From Coleofasciculus sp. B1-GNL1-01 (GTDB lineage: Bacteria; Cyanobacteriota; Cyanobacteriia; Cyanobacteriales; Coleofasciculaceae), in NCBI GenBank assembly GCA_040220235.1, contig JAVJTO010000128.1: a stretch of 40,604 nucleotides of DNA, one strand, 5' to 3'. Of this stretch, positions 19,329 to 30,310 are shown piece by piece. Numbering within the stretch: position 1 is the first letter of the stretch; every line of letters begins with the position of its first letter. The translations under genes were made by a program, and so were the position numbers. A model generated the notes under the pieces. The model did no database searches, had not been told where the DNA came from, and saw only the letters and a program-made list of their open reading frames with translations.

Positions 19329-20063
19329 ATGTCAGAACGCGGCATCAAACCGATCAACCAACCAGCGTTAGCTGACTTCAAAGTCAGTGTTGACACTGTT
19401 ATTTTCTCGGTCGATACTCAACAAAACCGCGTCTTGGTGCTACTAATCATGCGCCAGGATGAACCTTTTTCCGATCAGTGGAGTTTGCCAGGAACGCTGG
19501 TGCGCCAAGGAGAATCCCTAGAAGATGCTGCCCATCGGGTTCTGGTGGAAAAAATTCGGGTGAATAATCTCTACTTAGAACAACTCTACACCTTTGGTGG
19601 TCCGCATCGTGATCCCAGAGAATCCCCGAAAAGCTTTGGCGTTCGTTATCTATCCGTTAGTTACTTTGCCTTAGTTCGGTTTGAAGAAGCCCAGTTTATG
19701 GCGGAGGGTATGAGTGGTATGGCTTGGTATCCGGTTAAGCAGATCCCTCCCCTAGCCTTCGATCATGGCAAAATTATTGAGTATGGATATCAGCGTTTGC
19801 GGAATAAGTTAGAGTATAGTCCTGTCGCGTTTGACGTATTACCCGATGTTTTTACGCTGAGTGATTTGTATCAACTCTATACTACTGTTTTAGGCGAAAA
19901 CTTCTCAGATTATTCTAACTTCCGCACCCGTTTGTTGAAGTTGGGTTTTTTAGCCGATACGGGTCTAAAAGCCTCACGGGGAGCAGGGCGTCCAGCGTCT
20001 TTATACCGCTTTGATGCTGAGGCGTTTGCACCCTTGAAGGATAAGCCGTTAGTTTTTCTTTAA
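19329..20063 (+). CDS. nrtR: NrtR-type Nudix/wHTH transcriptional regulator of NAD metabolism
   Basis: Nudix-like WSLPG..ESLEDAA, LEQLYTFG...RDPR, LAFDH, and wHTH NFR...GRPASLY. Confidence 0.85.
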   Translation: MSERGIKPINQPALADFKVSVDTVIFSVDTQQNRVLVLLIMRQDEPFSDQWSLPGTLVRQGESLEDAAHRVLVEKIRVNNLYLEQLYTFGGPHRDPRESPKSFGVRYLSVSYFALVRFEEAQFMAEGMSGMAWYPVKQIPPLAFDHGKIIEYGYQRLRNKLEYSPVAFDVLPDVFTLSDLYQLYTTVLGENFSDYSNFRTRLLKLGFLADTGLKASRGAGRPASLYRFDAEAFAPLKDKPLVFL

Positions 20064-20114
20064 AAATACAGCATTTTATTGTAGTTTATATGTAATTCTC
20101 TATTGATAAAGATT

Positions 20115-20687
20115 ATGACGAAATCGACGATTCAGTATACAACCAAACATTTAAAGGAACTGGGTTTATTTATCGAAGTCAGCGGCAGAACGGACAGCGA
20201 TCGCAGTCGCAAAAAGGCGCTGGAAGAAATTGAACGTCGGATGGATGACCCAGAGGATACTAGCTTAGATGCGAATAGTTTTGCTGATGGGTTAAGCAGT
20301 GAAGATTTAATCGTGGTTGGACCCCCATCAGCCGTTGAATCGCCAGACGATGAACCAGAAATCATTCAAGCGGTGAAGGCGATCGCGAATTTAGCCAGCT
20401 TACGAGTTAGCTTAGAAGAGATACAACAGCAGGCGTTAGAGTTACGTCCGGTAATTGAGGCGCTCTTTCGCCCTGAACCCCTGACTCCCGAACAAATGCA
20501 GCAGGCGACAGATAAGAGTTTTGCCAAAACGTTAATTAAATTTGCCGAAGCGAAAGCTGCACGGGATCAATTTTTACCCGAAGCGCAACAAGCTTGGCAG
20601 ATTTTAAAACCCGCTTTAGACAATGTTGATACTAATTCTAATCCGGTTCTTTCATCTGTACAAAACTCCAAAATTGATAAGTCATAA
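20115..20687 (+). CDS. Hypothetical cyanobacterial protein
   Basis: Helical 190-aa ORF; likely start MTKST. Confidence 0.7.
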   Translation: MTKSTIQYTTKHLKELGLFIEVSGRTDSDRSRKKALEEIERRMDDPEDTSLDANSFADGLSSEDLIVVGPPSAVESPDDEPEIIQAVKAIANLASLRVSLEEIQQQALELRPVIEALFRPEPLTPEQMQQATDKSFAKTLIKFAEAKAARDQFLPEAQQAWQILKPALDNVDTNSNPVLSSVQNSKIDKS

Positions 20688-20711
20688 GTCATGAATTAAT
20701 TATTGGGAATT

Positions 20712-20741
20712 GTAGGGTGCGTTAGGGAAGCGTAACGCACC
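20712..20741 (+). repeat. GTAG-REP hairpin
   Basis: GTAG GGTGCGTTA GGGAAGCG TAACGCACC. Confidence 0.7.
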
Positions 20742-20837
20742 GCTTCTCAAGGGCTTGAAATGTCTAAAAAAGTTAAACAAGAACAGACATAATCTCACAA
20801 ACAATCAAATACGTTTGAATTAAAATACCACCAGTTT

Positions 20838-21215
20838 TTATGCACCTTGAGCATCAAGAGCATGTTGTTTAAGTTCACTCAAGGAAACATATTCTAACGC
20901 CGATGCATGAGTAGCCGACAAAACCACAGGAGGTGCAGCACCAGCTTCTAGGGCTTCTTGCCAACGAGATGCACATAGACACCAGCGATCGCCTGGTTTT
21001 AAACCGGGAAAATTAAATCCGGGAACGGGTGTACTCAAGTCATTCCCACGCTGTTTGGTAAATTCCAGAAACTCTTCAGTCACTTGAGCGCAAACAACGT
21101 GGGCGCCAAAGTCACCAGCACCAGTACTGCATTTGCCATCCCGGTAAAATCCAGTCATGGGAGATGTGCAACAGGTTTCTAGTTCCGTACCCAGGACGTT
21201 TTTTGCATTAGCCAT
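20838..21215 (-). CDS. DUF2237 family protein
   Basis: NVLG..L..CC..PMTGFYRDG.C...GLKPGDRWCLCASRW. Confidence 0.9.
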   Translation of the reverse strand: MANAKNVLGTELETCCTSPMTGFYRDGKCSTGAGDFGAHVVCAQVTEEFLEFTKQRGNDLSTPVPGFNFPGLKPGDRWCLCASRWQEALEAGAAPPVVLSATHASALEYVSLSELKQHALDAQGA

Positions 21216-21335
21216 GACAGCACCTTTTTTTACAGCCTTTCCATCAGTAGGATACAGAGAGATGCTTGTATCCAGCAAGACCTATATTGGTCATGCGTCA
21301 TGCGTCATTCGTCAAAGAATCCTCGCACCTTGATC

Positions 21336-21395
21336 GGGGCGGGTTTAGTTACATCAGGGCGGGAAAAAAATGTGAGCAGTGAAGCCGACCCCTAC
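21336..21395 (-). repeat. GTAG-REP pair (GGGGCGGGTTT...AAACCCGCCCCTAC family), degenerate
   Basis: Similar copies at 27591-27650 and 32462-32525. Confidence 0.65.
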
Positions 21396-21547
21396 AAGAC
21401 CAACCAACGTACTATGCTGGATCTCTTCACCAAAACTGTTTTATCTCTCATCTGCCATCTTGATCACCCACTTGGCAGTAAGATAGGGACAGCAGTTTAC
21501 CCAGTCGAGTGGTAAAGCAGTATTTAGTCAATCTGGGAGGGTGTTCG

Positions 21548-21661
21548 ATGAGCAATAAACCTGAAAAAAACGTTATCAATGTAGATCCAGTCACGGTTGT
21601 GGCGGTTATATCTGCCCTTTTACTCGTGCCACTATTGATATCGGGGTTTATCTTCCAATAA
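21548..21661 (+). CDS. 37-aa single-TM small protein
   Basis: MSNKPEKNVINVDPVTVVAVISALLLVPLLISGFIFQ; GGGAGG RBS; ends 4 nt before the next ATG. Confidence 0.65.
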   Translation: MSNKPEKNVINVDPVTVVAVISALLLVPLLISGFIFQ

Positions 21662-21665
21662 TTCT

Positions 21666-22682
21666 ATGAGTTCTCGTCCTTTTCAATCTACCTCCGGTTT
21701 GCCCCTTGCTAAAGTCATCAAGCTGGTGGCAATAGTATTTGTGTGCTTATCGCTCTGGGTTGCACCAGCATCCGCCAAGGTTATCCGCTATTTTGATGGC
21801 AATTCGACGGATGTCAATGTTCCCGCAGGTATTGCTTTTGATTTAGGTGGCGGGGGGGCTGATGTGGATGAAGCGATTCAGTGGATGATTAATCAGGCGA
21901 GAGGTTGCACCGACTGTTCGGCTCAGGTTGATGTGGTGGTGATTCGCTCATCGGGTTCTGCTGGCTATAATGAACCGATTCTGGCGATGAATGGGGTGGA
22001 TTCGGTAGAAACCTTGGTTATCCGGAGTCGGGATGATGCTAATTCTTCAGACGTTGCAGATACAATTCGCCAAGCTGAGGTGTTATTTTTTGCAGGTGGC
22101 GATCAGTGCGACTATACCCGCAATTTTAAGCATACGGCAACAGCAGACGCGATTAAATCAGTTGGCGCTAAAGGCGGTGGGATTGGGGGAACCAGTGCGG
22201 GGGCGATGATTCAAAGTGAGTTTATTTATAACGCCTGTTCGGATGCGGTTGATAGTGAATATGCCTTAGATGATCCCTACGAAGATATTCTGTTTAGTTA
22301 TGACCTGTTCAACTGGTCGCTGATGAAGGGTACGATTATAGACACCCATTTTAGCGATCGCGATCGCATGGGTCGATTGATGACATTTATGGCGCGTCAA
22401 CTTCGGGATGGAATCACTGATAGTGTCTTGGGGATAGGGATTGATGAGGGAACCTCGCTGGTGGTGAACCGGAATGGTATCGCTCATGTTATGGGAGAGG
22501 GCGCGGTGTATTTTGTTTTCGGGGATCATATCCCAGAAGATTGTGAACCCCAAACCCCGCTCACGTTTTCTGATTACAAGATTTGGAAACGGGAAAATGG
22601 TGAGGAATTTGATCTGAACAATTTACCCTCCAGGGGGTATCGTCGAGCGAGTGTTCAAGATGGTATTTTACAGAGGGGATAA
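21666..22682 (+). CDS. Cyanophycinase-like serine peptidase (S51) with signal peptide
   Basis: GGG, FFAGGDQ, GGTSAGA, DTHF..RDRMGRL and GIDE.T motifs; N-terminal signal ending PASA. Confidence 0.85.
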   Translation: MSSRPFQSTSGLPLAKVIKLVAIVFVCLSLWVAPASAKVIRYFDGNSTDVNVPAGIAFDLGGGGADVDEAIQWMINQARGCTDCSAQVDVVVIRSSGSAGYNEPILAMNGVDSVETLVIRSRDDANSSDVADTIRQAEVLFFAGGDQCDYTRNFKHTATADAIKSVGAKGGGIGGTSAGAMIQSEFIYNACSDAVDSEYALDDPYEDILFSYDLFNWSLMKGTIIDTHFSDRDRMGRLMTFMARQLRDGITDSVLGIGIDEGTSLVVNRNGIAHVMGEGAVYFVFGDHIPEDCEPQTPLTFSDYKIWKRENGEEFDLNNLPSRGYRRASVQDGILQRG

Positions 22683-22685
22683 AAG

Positions 22686-22851
22686 GGCGATTGGAAATCG
22701 CAGCTACACAAACAAAGTCCGCGTAGGCGGACTGAACTAGAAAATGAATAAGGTTTTATGCATTTAAATTGGGTATTAGTAACGAGCAAGATGCTCGCAC
22801 TACAAGGATGGCGTTATTATTGACATTAAGGTTTAAATACCGAACAGCTTA
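22686..22851 (+). repeat. Composite repeat: GGCGATTG..CTACACAAACAAAGTCCGC element plus a 5'-truncated TA-MITE
   Basis: Inverted counterpart at 27722-27880. Confidence 0.8.
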
Positions 22852-22933
22852 ATACACTCGAATTTGTTATATTGTCTGGGTGCTAACAATCTTGCCTAAA
22901 ATACTTTTATATCATAAAAATAGATGAGAGTGT

Positions 22934-22996
22934 GTAGGGGCGACCCGCTTGCTTAAAGAAACAATTGGAGTTTATTCAAATGATTGGGTCGCCCTA
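22934..22996 (+). repeat. GTAG-REP pair
   Basis: GTAGGGGCGACCCGC...GGGTCGCCCTA. Confidence 0.75.
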
Positions 22997-23008
22997 TATC
23001 ACATGGAA

Positions 23009-26000
23009 TTAATCATTGTAACGATCCCCGCTTAAATCCTGAACAGTAATTGTTTTTAATCCATCATCTTTCCAAAATACCACTGCATGCCAGTCTCGAA
23101 ACATTCTTTGTTGGCTAGCGCCATTGAGTGGATAGGCTGGCTCTCGATAAATCCGTACTCCCCACCCCATACTCAACTTTTCCTGTTCAAGCATTTCCAG
23201 AATCGCATCCCGACGAGCCAAAAGAACTGTACCACGAGGAGACTGCCAACGTTCTCCTGAACGATTTAAGGTAAAGGCTAGAACTTCTCCGCTAGCGGAT
23301 AGAAATTGTCCTGCCTTAAAATCCACAATACCCAGTGTTTCTCGGAGTCTTTTAGCTGGCATCCATTCCTCAGTCTCACCGCTTGCAGCTTCCCAATGAA
23401 ACTGACAGGTAGCTGCCTGGATATCAAATTTTACAGGTTTTCCCGCTATATCTAAAGTGGGGTAATCAATTAATCCTTCTGCTTCCTGAATCCAGGAAGC
23501 CCATGCTAATTCACAGGGATCACAATAAGTTTGTACTGAGACGATGTCAGAACAGAACTCATAGAACCTGGGCAATACTCTCAACTGAACATCTTCTTCC
23601 AGAAGAGGTAATCCACTTGATGGAAATAAGAAACTCGATATCCACAAGACTGACTCAGCCTGACTATCTGCATGTCGTTCGGTAGCGACTGAACGTAACA
23701 CCACCCATTCATAATTTCTTGCCCATTCAGGAAGCTGTTCCGAATTGGGGAAAAGTAAAGGTTGAACATCAGGTATAGGAGCCTTCTTGACCCACTCATT
23801 TGCTCGATTAACCTGAGTAGTTTCAGATAAATCCGTATCCGGAATCAGTTCTGAAAAATCTAAAAATTGATTTATTGGGGATTGACGAAAGCCTACATCT
23901 GAAGCTGGATTGGTTATCTCCGTAAACAGACCTATATCTATTGGAGGCTTCCAGTATTTGTTCCAAGTATACGCATCAAGACGATCAGCTAAAAATCCAG
24001 TTAATTCATTAGTAGCTGCCCAAACATATTTTTCAGCCAAAGTGGCAATAGAGCTTCGTGAGCCATGAGTTGCTGGAGTGTATTTGCGAGCTATCGCAAT
24101 ATCTGCACCGATAATTTCACCCGATTTACCACCATTCGGTGTTTTCCTAAAAATATCTTCAGACCAACCCAGTTGATTTGTATAGGCGACAACAAAACCG
24201 AAAGTAAAGTTTTTGGGGGTTAACTCTTGAAGATTATACTCAGCAATATAGCGTGACAAAAGAGCCTGTGCTGATGGCGAAAAACCAGACTTTGATTGGG
24301 TTTCATCGTGAACTTCAGCTAGTTCTTCCTCTTCAGCTTCGTCCTCAGTCCTTCCCCAGTGTTGTAATAATTCATGTTGTTCTTCATCTGTTGCGGTATC
24401 AAACGCTTTTCTTATTCCCTGCCATATTGCTTTTTCTATCAAAAAGTTTTCCACACGTTGGCGAGCTTGAGGTTCAGCAGACTGTCTCAATAAACCTTCG
24501 ATAAATTTATACAGTATCGTTTTGTCAATATTTTCAATGTTATCAGCCTCTTTCTCTTTTTGTTGTTGGCTATGGTTTCTATGGGTTTTTGAAAGTCTGC
24601 TTTCATTAAAGAAACGTTTAATCGCTCTTGACAAAACATACCGATCCAGATTGTAAGTAACTCGTTTCATTATCAAATGTTTATTTACTTCAATAGCTGC
24701 TTGTCTATCAATAGGAAGCATTTCTTCAGGATCGACATGAGGGTGGCGAACATAAACTAGCCTGTCTTCATCAACTGGAACCTGACAAATAACACAACGT
24801 TCAATCATGCTTTTCGCACTGTGCCGAACAATTACATCATGGGTATAAAGTGGTGCATTTGGAACAAAGAAATTATCAATAATCCAGTTACATAGTGGTA
24901 GCCATTCTGCGTTGGGTCGAGTCAAACACGAAGCGCCATAAGCAGCGGAAAGGATATCCTCTCGCATCTGTGGGTCATTGGTTTGGCAAGCGCATTTCAG
25001 CAGATTCAGTAACTCATCAGGTTTGTTACTTCCCCAAACAGCAAGTTGTTCTCGAATGCGACGACGGAGGTTATTTTTGACTGTAGTTGTTGCCCAAGCT
25101 AATAATAATGGTGCAGCATCCCAGGGATCATCATCCGCTATTTCTAGTTTATCTAGTACCGGAGTTCCAAATCCTTCCCAGGGAGCGCCATGATTAGCAG
25201 GCAAGTAGTTAGGTCCCGACCAAAACAGATCGCGCTTGGCTACTTGCATGGGTAATAATGTATCGTGAATAAACTTGGCTCCATAGAAGTAACCAGGTAT
25301 CCTAAGTCCGGGAATGACTAATCGCTCTAAAACTTTCCTGCAACTGGGCATATTTCGCTGGAAGAGTTCAACCACCCAGTCTTGATAAGCTAATCCTTTT
25401 TCTGGAGGCATCATCAAGATTGTTGTTAATCGTAATTCTTCCCGTTTTTGCTCACTTAAATCATTGCTCCACAATCCTGTAGTAAAGAAGTCATAGCCCT
25501 CTTTGCCAAGAAGATAGGCAGTAAGTACAATGGTGTTCTCCCGATCCTTTAAGTACGTTGGCATAGTGGGAGTATCTGGGTCAGTTTTTGCATTGTTGTA
25601 GGCTTCCCAAGCTAGGAGAAAATCGGTTAAGGTTTCGTAGGCAGGTTCCCACAATAATAGGTCAGGTTCTAATGGATCATCTGATGGCTGTTTTCTAAGT
25701 AGCAGCAGTCCATGATTCAGACAGTTATCAAGGATGCTTAACAACTGTGGTTTAGATAGAATACCTGGAGTTTTTTGTACCGCTTCAGCCACTTGTAAAG
25801 CCTTTTCCTGAGACAAGGCTTTTCCTTCATTCAAACAAGCTTTAACAATTCCCCGAAGAGTATCACGAACAGGAGTAATTGTGTCAAGCCAACCTTCTGG
25901 ATCATTCTCTCGAATAGCACGCTCGGTATGCTCAATCTTTTTAAGTATCAGAGTAACCAGTGAGAATTCTTGGAGGGTGACGCTATCAATATGTTGACCT

Positions 26001-27464
26001 TGGTATAAATCAGCAAAAAGTCGAATAGCTAGGGGAGTCTGTAACGCCCAACGTAAAATTGGAGGACATTCAATTCGATTGACTTTGCAGTAGGATGCAA
26101 AAATATCCCTAAGCGGTGCATCAGAACCATTTAACCAAACTTGGCTGATGTCTTTGGGTATCGATAGGCGTCGATAAAGACTGGTGCGGAGTGAACAGAT
26201 GAAAAGAATCCTGGGATATTGTTTGGCTAAAGGGAGTAGTTCTCCAAGTTTTTCCGCCCAACGTTCTGCTCTAGATGTCTCATCTAAACCATCAATAGCG
26301 ACTAAGACACGAACAGATTTAAATTCTGAATCATCCGTAATATTAAAAGTGGCTTGAACTTCAGCTTGAATTGCTGCTGTCTTCAATGCATCAAGCACTT
26401 GACTTAGATTCCATCCTGACTCACCAACAGCATCAGCTAGCACAGTGTCCCAACTTTGGCTCAGATCAATATCTTTAGCACGAATTAAAATGGCGGGTTT
26501 TCCATCTTCTAAGTGCTGACGAACTGCATCAGCTAAGGCATGAGTTTTACCCACTCCCGGCTCACCAATATAGGCAGCAGGTTGCCCTAACTCTTGGAGC
26601 TTTTGAGGAGTCACTTCTCGCATCTCCCAACGATCTAAGGCATCCTCAAGCTGCTTGCCAATATCAGATGTTGTTGAGGCGGAACTACCCCACTGTAAGG
26701 ATACATTATCGTGCGATAACACATCTATGAGCTGCCAAGTATCTGCCGGAGTAATGACTTCATATTCAAGATTGAGCAAAGGAAAACTATTATCTGGTGT
26801 CAGCCGTTTTTCGATTTCCTGCTGCTGGGCAATGGCAGATATTAACCAGGCTTCTGTTGCTGTAATCAGAGCTTCTGCATCATCTCGCTGCATAAACTCT
26901 GGATACCATCTGAGACGCAGAACCGCTCGATGAGCTTGTTCGAGAAGAATACGGATCTGGCTTACCTCTGATAACCATTTTGGGCGGGAAGCGGGTCCAT
27001 TGAGTCGCAACTGTAGATCAGATTCTATCTGACCAGAGATCAATCGTGATATGGGGATACTGCTGATTCGATTCCTTGATAAAATTATCCCAGCGATCGC
27101 GTTCTGTTTTTGTCTGTCGCTTTTCTGTTTTTGCATCGCTTAAATCTCTAGGAATGGTGACAATGTAGCGGCTTAATCCGCTTCTATTCTCTGAGGCTGT
27201 CTTTAGAGACTTTCTAATCTGTTCTATCTGAGAAGACTTCAGAGGTTCTCTAAACCACTTCGCTTGCAATCCGATAACCTGATCATCCTTGAGTTGAGTA
27301 TATGCCTCAACACCACCATCGCCACCCGCACCATTAACGAACATGACTCGCCTAATTTGACCCGCATACTCCCGATGACACCAGCGCTCAAATAGGGTTC
27401 CTGTCAGCGCTTCAAAGGCACGTTCAGGAGCATCACCATGAAGATTAAACCTAGACCAGTCCAA
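23009..27464 (-). pseudogene. Avs/AVAST-like (Avs2-type) STAND NTPase with N-terminal Mrr-like nuclease, split by a frameshift near 27030
   Basis: ORF 27018-27464 has AFE..., GAGGDGGVE and GLQAKWF (nuclease). ORF 23009-27136 has GEPGVGKT, VAIDGLDE, TPLAIRLF, RDLFWS, NDPQ and EKYVW. The two ORFs overlap in different frames. Confidence 0.7.
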
Positions 27465-27590
27465 GTTCTTTGTCTCTCAAATTAGCGTCTACTCTCACCA
27501 TGTTAATCAATCCAGGACTTATACCAAATCTGGGTTAGCTACCCCCTTATAACCCTGAGGCTTCACGGGAAACCACGAAACCGGCGAATC

Positions 27591-27650
27591 GGGGCGGGTT
27601 TAGTTGCATCTGGGTGCAATCGAAGAGATAGTAGTGAAACCCGCCCCTAC
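27591..27650 (-). repeat. GTAG-REP pair
   Basis: GGGGCGGGTTT ... AAACCCGCCCCTAC. Confidence 0.75.
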
Positions 27651-27721
27651 ACATTTACGTGCCATACCTGACGCTTCAGGGCGTTAGGTCAAAATTATGA
27701 TATGCCGTGAAAAGTCAGCTT

Positions 27722-27880
27722 TAAGCTGTTCGGCGTTTAAACGCTAATGTCAAGAATAGAAAAATCCTTGCCGTAGTGCGAGCATCTTGCTCGCTACATT
27801 GAGCATCTTGCTCGCTACTAATACTTATAACCCAGTCCGCGCAGGCGGACTTTGTTTGTGTAGCAGCGATTTCAATCGCC
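27722..27880 (-). repeat. Composite repeat (truncated TA-MITE with internal 18-bp duplication plus GGCGATTGAAATCGC element), inverted relative to 22686-22851
   Basis: Its reverse complement aligns with 22686-22851. Confidence 0.8.
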
Positions 27881-27903
27881 ATAGTTCAAATTAACTCTAT
27901 ACT

Positions 27904-29595
27904 ATGAACCCACGCCAAAAACTGACTCACCATTATTTCGCCCTGGCTGGAATCATTATTCTGGGAACCCTCCTCCGATTTTGGCAGCTTGACTTAAAAC
28001 CCCTGTGGCTGGATGAAGTTCTCACGGCTTTCTTTAGCTTGGGACGGGAGTATAATGATTTACCATTAGATATAGTATTTCCCTTGTCCACCCTCCAAGA
28101 ATTCTTCACCCTCCAACCCGAAACTAGCTGTCGAGACATTGCCCAAACCCTTGCCCAACAATCCACGCATCCTCCCTTATTCTTTTGCTTAATGCATTCG
28201 TGGCTAAGGTGGATGGGAACCGAATCATTAGCGTGGGCGTTGCGTTCATTTCCTGCCTTAATCGGAGTCGGTGCGATCGCGGCAATTTACTGTCTCAATC
28301 GTCTCATCTTTTCGCCCATCGCGGGATTAATCGCTGCTGCGTTAATGGCGGTGTCTCCTTTTGCGGTTTACCTGTCTCAGGAAGCGCGTCACTACACGTT
28401 ACCCATGTTGCTTATTATTCTGGCATTATTGGCATTAATCCCGATTCAGCAGCGTCTATACCATCAGCAAATGCCTTCCCCGTGGCTATGGTGCGGTTGG
28501 GGAATCGTCAACAGTATCGGTTGTTATGTCCATTACTTTTTTCTTCTGGCTGTCATTGCCCAAGTTTTGACCCTAATTTCCGGGATGATTGGGTATCGTC
28601 GGCGTCTACCCGGCGGGAGTTGGAGTGTTGTGGCGCTGGTAATGGCGGGAATGGCAGTGAGTTATCTACCGTGGTGGGGTATGCTTTTGGCAGATGTGGG
28701 GCGTCCAGAAACCAGTTGGCTACCGCCACCGGATAGTATTACGCCTCTGTTGCAATTACTGGTGGGTTGGTTCCTGATGGTGATTGCTTTACCCGTAGAA
28801 AATCAACCTTTGTGGATTGTGATACCCATGGGAGGATTAACGTTGGGATTGGGGAGTTGGATTATTTGGCGGGGAGGCGTGGGAGTGAAACGATTGCTGT
28901 GTCAGCCTTCAACCCAGTTAGCTACATTGACGCTATTCGGGTTTACTTTGGCTGTATTACTGCAATTTCTGGCAATTATTTACGGATTAGGTAAGGATAT
29001 CTCCATTGTCCCCCGTTATAACTTTGTCTATTATCCGGCGATTTGTGCGTTATTAGCCGCGAGTTTAACTGTAAATGTAGAGACGCGCCATGGCGTATCT
29101 GGGCTTAGGGGTGCTGAAGTACAGGCAAAATGGGAAATCATCTTACCCTTAGCTATCTCTCTGGTGAGTACAGTTTGTGTGGTGGCGAATTTGGTGTTTC
29201 TCAAACCCTATCATCCTCAGCAGGTGGCGCAAAATATGACAATTGAACCGACTGTTCCCTTGATCATGGTGATGGGATATCAGGATCTTCAGGATGTAGG
29301 ATTAGGATTGAGCTTTGCCTTGGCATTAGAGAACGTATCAGAGGGGGGGAGTCAGGAGGGCGATCGCACAGTAGCATTTTTAAGTCGCCAACAGGGATAT
29401 GATAAAGTCTGGCAACAGTTATTGGAATTAGCCATACCTTCTGTGTCTCCGTTGAATCTATGGGTCATCGCTCCCGGCTTGAAGCGGCGAGACTATCCCC
29501 AAACTCTTGCGATCGCGAACCAAAAAACCTGTATCCTTGATCCGAGTCACCATTACCGGATTGGTATTCCCTATCAGTTATACCGATGTGGTTAA
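27904..29595 (+). CDS. GT-C membrane glycosyltransferase (PMT/GT39/ArnT-like)
   Basis: LWLDE, HPPLFF and SQEARHY motifs; many TM helices. Confidence 0.85.
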   Translation: MNPRQKLTHHYFALAGIIILGTLLRFWQLDLKPLWLDEVLTAFFSLGREYNDLPLDIVFPLSTLQEFFTLQPETSCRDIAQTLAQQSTHPPLFFCLMHSWLRWMGTESLAWALRSFPALIGVGAIAAIYCLNRLIFSPIAGLIAAALMAVSPFAVYLSQEARHYTLPMLLIILALLALIPIQQRLYHQQMPSPWLWCGWGIVNSIGCYVHYFFLLAVIAQVLTLISGMIGYRRRLPGGSWSVVALVMAGMAVSYLPWWGMLLADVGRPETSWLPPPDSITPLLQLLVGWFLMVIALPVENQPLWIVIPMGGLTLGLGSWIIWRGGVGVKRLLCQPSTQLATLTLFGFTLAVLLQFLAIIYGLGKDISIVPRYNFVYYPAICALLAASLTVNVETRHGVSGLRGAEVQAKWEIILPLAISLVSTVCVVANLVFLKPYHPQQVAQNMTIEPTVPLIMVMGYQDLQDVGLGLSFALALENVSEGGSQEGDRTVAFLSRQQGYDKVWQQLLELAIPSVSPLNLWVIAPGLKRRDYPQTLAIANQKTCILDPSHHYRIGIPYQLYRCG

Positions 29596-29643
29596 AATTT
29601 GGCGTAAGCTACACCAGAAAGGATGTTTTCGGCAACAGTTGCA

Positions 29644-30159
29644 ATGAAAGAAAGTATTATTAAGTCTATTCGAGGACTCGCCGCTCTAATTTTGGCGTTG
29701 GTGTTGGTTTGGGTTCCCCTATCCGCCCAAGCAGCCAATCCCTCTGCCCGACAGCTTATTAATGACGGCGCATCTGATCTGAGTACCATGGATTTCTCCG
29801 GTCAAAATTTAGCTGAACTGGAGATATCTAAAATGAATCTGACGCAAACGAATTTAAGCAATACCGATTTACGCAGTGTGGTGATAAGTGATTCGACGAT
29901 GACTGAGGCGAATCTACAAGGTGCAGATTTTTCATACAGCATTGCTTATAAGGTTAACTTCAAAGGAGCTGATCTAAGTGATGCGGTTCTAGAGGAAGCG
30001 ATTTTGTTAGGTTCTCGCTTGGATGACGTTAAGATTACGGGGGCTGATTTCAGCAATGCAGTTTTAGATCGCTTACAAGTCCAAAATCTCTGTACTAGAG
30101 CCAGTGGGGTTAACTCAAAAACGGGGGTAGAGACTCGCGCATCCTTAGGATGTCGGTGA
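29644..30159 (+). CDS. Pentapeptide repeat protein with signal peptide (thylakoid lumen type)
   Basis: A(D/N)Lxx repeats and C-terminal [18 protein letters not shown]. Confidence 0.88.
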   Translation: MKESIIKSIRGLAALILALVLVWVPLSAQAANPSARQLINDGASDLSTMDFSGQNLAELEISKMNLTQTNLSNTDLRSVVISDSTMTEANLQGADFSYSIAYKVNFKGADLSDAVLEEAILLGSRLDDVKITGADFSNAVLDRLQVQNLCTRASGVNSKTGVETRASLGCR

Positions 30160-30164
30160 GGTAA

Positions 30165-30186
30165 GGGAACAGGGAACAGGGAACAG
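30165..30186 (+). repeat. Heptamer repeat (GGGAACA)x3
   Basis: Seen directly; the same motif occurs inverted at 30963-31007. Confidence 0.7.
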
Positions 30187-30310
30187 TTTCGACGCCCAGT
30201 AATCAGGAAGATTCTGCGATCGCTTTCTCCTTGCTCCCCTGTCCCCAGATCTCCCCATGCAACAGAAGCTACGCATCCTCTGACGCCCCGTGCGCTCTAC
30301 CCCGACGTAC

